Assembly: GCA_044892525.1 (NCBI GenBank)
Contig: CM097887.1
Span: 119,142,397 to 119,206,396 of the forward strand
Source of the DNA: Schmidtea polychroa
Lineage: Eukaryota
Length of the DNA stretch: 64,000 nucleotides
Reading direction: 5' to 3'
In this document: piece by piece, positions 59,477-64,000 of the stretch
Numbering within the stretch: position 1 is the first letter of the stretch
Layout of the letters: the number at the start of each line of letters is the position of its first letter
The notes under the pieces: generated by a model
Database searches by the model: none
The model's input: the letters and a program-made list of their open reading frames with translations, nothing else
Told to the model about the DNA's origin: nothing
Position numbers and translations under genes: made by a program

Positions 59477-62400
59477 CTTTAGAGCAATGGATAAAGCATT
59501 ATCATTATGCAAGCTATTGATGGTAAATGACAATGTCGCATCTGCAGTTAAAAGATTTGCTTCACTTTTACATAAAGCATTCACTGCGGAAATAACAGGT
59601 GATAGAGCTGTTATTTCAATATCTAATTTACTTAACTCTATATCGCTATGAAGGTCAATAAACGATTTCTTAATGCAATTTTTTAACAAATAAAATCGTT
59701 CAAGCATTACAATAATCGAGTTCCAGCGAGTCTTGAAATCCAGAAGAAGCTGCAACATTCTACCATGTTCTTTGACGCAATATTGTTGTAAAATATCATT
59801 TTTTGTTGGAGATCGCCTAATTATCTTAATTATTCGTCTTACCTTTTGATTGTTCATATCTGGTTGGAATTCTTACTCTTTATCAATAATATATTAATTA
59901 TCCTCATCATTGTCGTTATTTTCTTCATTCTCGCTATCACAAACTTCTGCTTCATAATCTGTAGGATCGCAGCTATCGTAAGTTCTATTCTTATACGAAA
60001 CTTCAATAACAGTAATTGTATACCGTGGGTTAGGCACAAGTTTTCTTAGGTCATATTCTTAGGTTATTCTTATTAGAATTTTTGATAATTTAATTTCTAC
60101 ATTTGAATATTTTAGTTAACTTTGACTAGTTCTTGGAAGCCGTGATGGATTTCATCATTTTCATCTTCTAGTATTTCTTATCAATTCTTTTATAATTTTA
60201 TCTTCTAAGGCATTTTAAATGAAATTCGGTGAGAATCTTTTCTATTTCCAATTTTTTTCTTAAATCGCCTTTATTTCAAATTTATTTACTTTCTGTTTTT
60301 TATCAATGTTATGTTTAATTTTATTTCGGACAATACTTATTCTTTTTTGTTTTATTTTACTTTACTTTTTGGTTTATCATTTTGGTGTTGTGTAAATTCT
60401 TTTTAATTGTGTTTATATGATGTTTTGGCGTGTTTTTAGTTTTACTTTACTTAATGTTGTGTCTGCTTGCTATTTTCTGTTGATACTGTTACGTGGGCTA
60501 AATGTAGTTCTTGCCCAACATTATGATAAAGCAACGTGTGATCTTTATTCGACAGTTATGAACCAGAAAATGATGATATAATGAGGAGCAGTTATAATAG
60601 TGGAGTTCACCTGCTTATTGATTTTCAGCAACTTTCTTCATACCAAAATGGTCGCTGCTATGGGTACACGGATGGTAAAAAGTAAAATAATCGTGAAGGT
60701 GAAGATTTGATAGTAAATCGTATAGCAACCTAGAAAATTTTGACAACCCACCCTTTAATTGCATATATTCTAGTATGATTTTTGCTAACTTTCCATTAAC
60801 GATTTGGTTGGGTTTTAAAACTGCGTTGATATTCTCAATTTACTCGTGGTAGCCAATTAAATCCAATACATTTATAAAAATCTTGATTTCCGTCATAAGT
60901 TTATTCATTACGATTTCTTGTTTTTATAAAAGTGCCAACAATCAATTATTTTAACATCAGTAATAATTAAATATTATAAATATGTAATATTACTCAATAA
61001 ATAATGAATAAAAATATAAGTCACCTATTTGTTTAAAATGATAGCTTATATCATCTTTATATAAATATTTTTTAAAGTTATCAATATCATGTTTAGTTTT
61101 ATTCTTTATTAACTTTTATATTTTTCAATTAATATTAATTGAATCAGTTAGTTATTGCTCATGAAGTTTAAATATTTCATTAATGTACAATTTAAAGTTT
61201 TAATTTAGTAGTATATTTGCTGTTATTGTTTGTTATTTAATTTTAGAAGTTCGAGTGGGCATACACAAATTAGTTGAGAAATTATGAAATAAATTTCGGT
61301 TAGTTAAAAATATTTTTAAAGTAAAATATACTTTAAAATTTATTTCAAATTTGTTAATTTTATTGAATTAAAGGGCGAATAATAAGTTTAAATTAAGACT
61401 ATTTATTAAATATTTATCAAAAATAAGTAATATATAAGAATATTCATAATCTTCATTTTTTTCAATATTACAAACACTTAACAATATAAAATTTATCGAT
61501 AATCAATAATTCATTCAATAAATTTTTATATTATTCCAATTTTTTATAACTGGATAATTTGATAACGGTTGTATTCTGTCTCTTAGTTCAAATTAAAAGA
61601 TTTGAAAGGAAACTTTATATATAATATTAATACAACCGTTTTAATTTGTTGGTGTAGTTCAAACCTTTCCGCCTACCACTTTATTTAAGACTGATCATTC
61701 AACTTATTAATTAATTAAAATAAAGTAATTTTAATGATTTTTTAAAGTAGTTTATCACATGTATACTCAAATTGATTGACTATTTGCTCAAATTATTCAG
61801 TATAAAAAATTCAGTATAAATTCATTACAAATTATCAAAGTCGTCAATCTATACTAAAAATATCTAAATAATTATTATCAAATTCCAAAGGAGACTGATA
61901 TAAGCTTTAAGGCTTTAATCTAATAAACCAGTAAATTCATTTAAATGTAAATATTCCACCTTTTTTTATATCCAAGCGAGTTTTCCACTAAAATAATCTA
62001 AAAAGCAACAAATTTCCCAAACTATCTATTTAAGTGGAAATATTTTACATTGCGCTGGGGCCCAAATTTTGAAGTTCCGCCACTGTCGCCACCCAACATA
62101 CATCTACATTAATTTAGTAGGCAAATATATATAATAAGAACATCCCAAAAGATCAAAATTTACTAAAATCAATATTTTCACCCTATTTACCATCAAATAC
62201 CTAACTAGAGATTATATTTTCTCATTGTTTAATCACAATTCTTCATCGATTCCCCCAATGATTTTCAAACATTTATAGCCTAATATATCTTTCAAACTAA
62301 ATCACAAATTTCAGTATATTAAACATTAATTTTCAAATAAATTCTCTGGGATTTTAATAAATGTGTAATTTTTAATATGTATTTTAATATAATTTTTTAA

Positions 62401-64000
62401 TAGCAGAATGGGTTTTCTTAAGTACATATGAATAATTAGTATTTTTTCAAAAGTTGAAAATGCGTGTGTATGTAAAAGTTGGCTGAAAAAGCCATTGTTT
62501 AAGATGTTATGAGTGAGGATTTAAAAAAAATAATGATGTAATTTTATAGAGATTTAAATTCTATCTATATATTGTTTGAGTGAAAATATCTCAAGTTGTT
62601 TAAAAAGATGTGTAAATTCAAAAATGGTACACTTAACAATTAAATTTCACAATTTTGATTATTCATAGTCTCATTTAATAGAGAATTTAATTTCAAGTAT
62701 ATTGATATAAAAAGTTCTTATAAAAATGATAATTGACGAACGTAATAGACGATTTAAACAAAATTAAAAAAAATTATATGGGAGGTCATGTAAAAAAAAG
62801 TAGAAGGTAGTACCTCAAAAAAAGGGGAGGAGTGTACCTCTCCATAAATAAAAAAGTAATGACGCCCTCCCCCCTTTACATTCGCCCACAAAATATGTGA
62901 GATTCGAGGATTCCTATAGGATCTGGAGTGCACATATCTATATACTGTTGTAAGATCAATACTTTTCGAAATTATTTGGAGTGTTTTGTTTTTTATATAT
63001 GTTTGATAATTTCTACTTTTAATTACACTTATCTTTCGATGGAAGCGGTAGATAGGTTCCAGAAAAAATCCCGTAAATCACACCATTTTCAATATTTGTT
63101 TTATCGGAGTTAATTAGTATACTAATTAAGTTTTCTTCGTCTACTTCCTGGTCAACCAATAGGTCATAAATCTCGCCGAAGTAAAAAAATGTATTGTTTT
63201 TCTTAATCACGTTAAAGTCAAACCGCGCAAAATGGGTACATCGTAAATCGAGAGAATGTATTTTAAACTATTTTCTGTAACTTTCAAAATTCATTTTGTG
63301 TGTAGACTTATAATTAATAATGGATAATAAATCACTGACTCTGTTGAGCTTGATATAGGTCCATGCCAGATCTGAGATTGTTCATTAAATTGCTCATCAA
63401 ATATTTTTGTAATATGTACTTGCTAACAACAAAATAGTATAAAAGAAATAGAATGATTTAGAAAAAAAGTATGGCAAGCAATTTTATGCATGATATTTAA
63501 GCCAAAAGTAAAGTAATGTAATAAGGAGTAGTAAATACATTCATGTTTATTCTATATTCAAAAGCTCGAATCTTTAAAATATTAATATTTTTTACTAAAG
63601 GATTCCCTGACTCTGTATAATATAAATATTGCTTAACAAAGGACTCAATTGGCTATCTATAAGGATTAGACCCGTGACAAGTGAACCTCATTTTATCCTG
63701 GCCTGTTCCCAATCATCCTAAAATGAAACGTGTCCTACAATTTTTGTCATTTTCTCCTAAAATATTTGAGAATGTCATTTATGACAATCTGTGCCTATAA
63801 TTCCATTTTCAAGACATATTTTCTTACACTTGTAATGTTTACGCCGATATTTCCTTTCATTTTGTAAATCGTTTCGTTTGCTTAAAGCAGTATATTTATT
63901 AATTTGCCTATCTGATCTAAGTTCTGAAAACAAATCTAGTAATAGCAGCTCTTCAGATCATAATAATATAAATTATCAACTGACCATGAAATCACCTTAA

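Larger units (their letters stand above)
56702..60050 (-). pseudogene. Older hAT transposase remnant split by the 57025-59476 insertion
   Basis: RRSPTKNDILQ..KTRWNS..DNALSIAL (59399-59857) continues as ALKESLTHRI..LSSVLDYLH (56702-57058); the junction coincides with the TSD. Confidence 0.85.

Noticed and set aside
62045-62086. Possible hAT right end (...GTTCCGCCACTG)
   Set aside because: No matching left end or TSD found; too short to call.
63595-63720. LSPLLSNIYI resembling an RT motif on the minus strand
   Set aside because: An isolated 10 aa match without flanking RT motifs.

Overview
AT-rich eukaryotic genomic DNA with 37-50 nt spliceosomal introns. A flatworm/planarian host is an inference from intron size, AT content and a TRAF-like pseudogene. 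The first ~21.7 kb holds two different Polinton/Maverick (adintovirus-like) elements, apparently tail-to-tail and ~57 bp apart. Element A (1-13422, left part outside the window) carries minor capsid, core protein, major capsid, adenain-like protease, an open protein-primed PolB and an accessory cassette. That cassette has a Bcl-2-like gene (hidden by a 1-nt frameshift), a putative ssDNA-binding protein, a single-repeat TBP-like protein and a spliced Cys-cluster ORF, followed by reiterated terminal repeats. Element B (~13480-21666, minus strand) carries a spliced integrase, minor capsid, core, major capsid and protease, and is cut off by an intact hAT transposon. The rest of the window is host DNA: a divergent CDK gene, a complete PRADC1-like gene and a TRAF-like pseudogene, interspersed with hAT, pogo and Ty3/Gypsy elements and MITEs. 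All family assignments come from motif recognition by eye; no searches were run.
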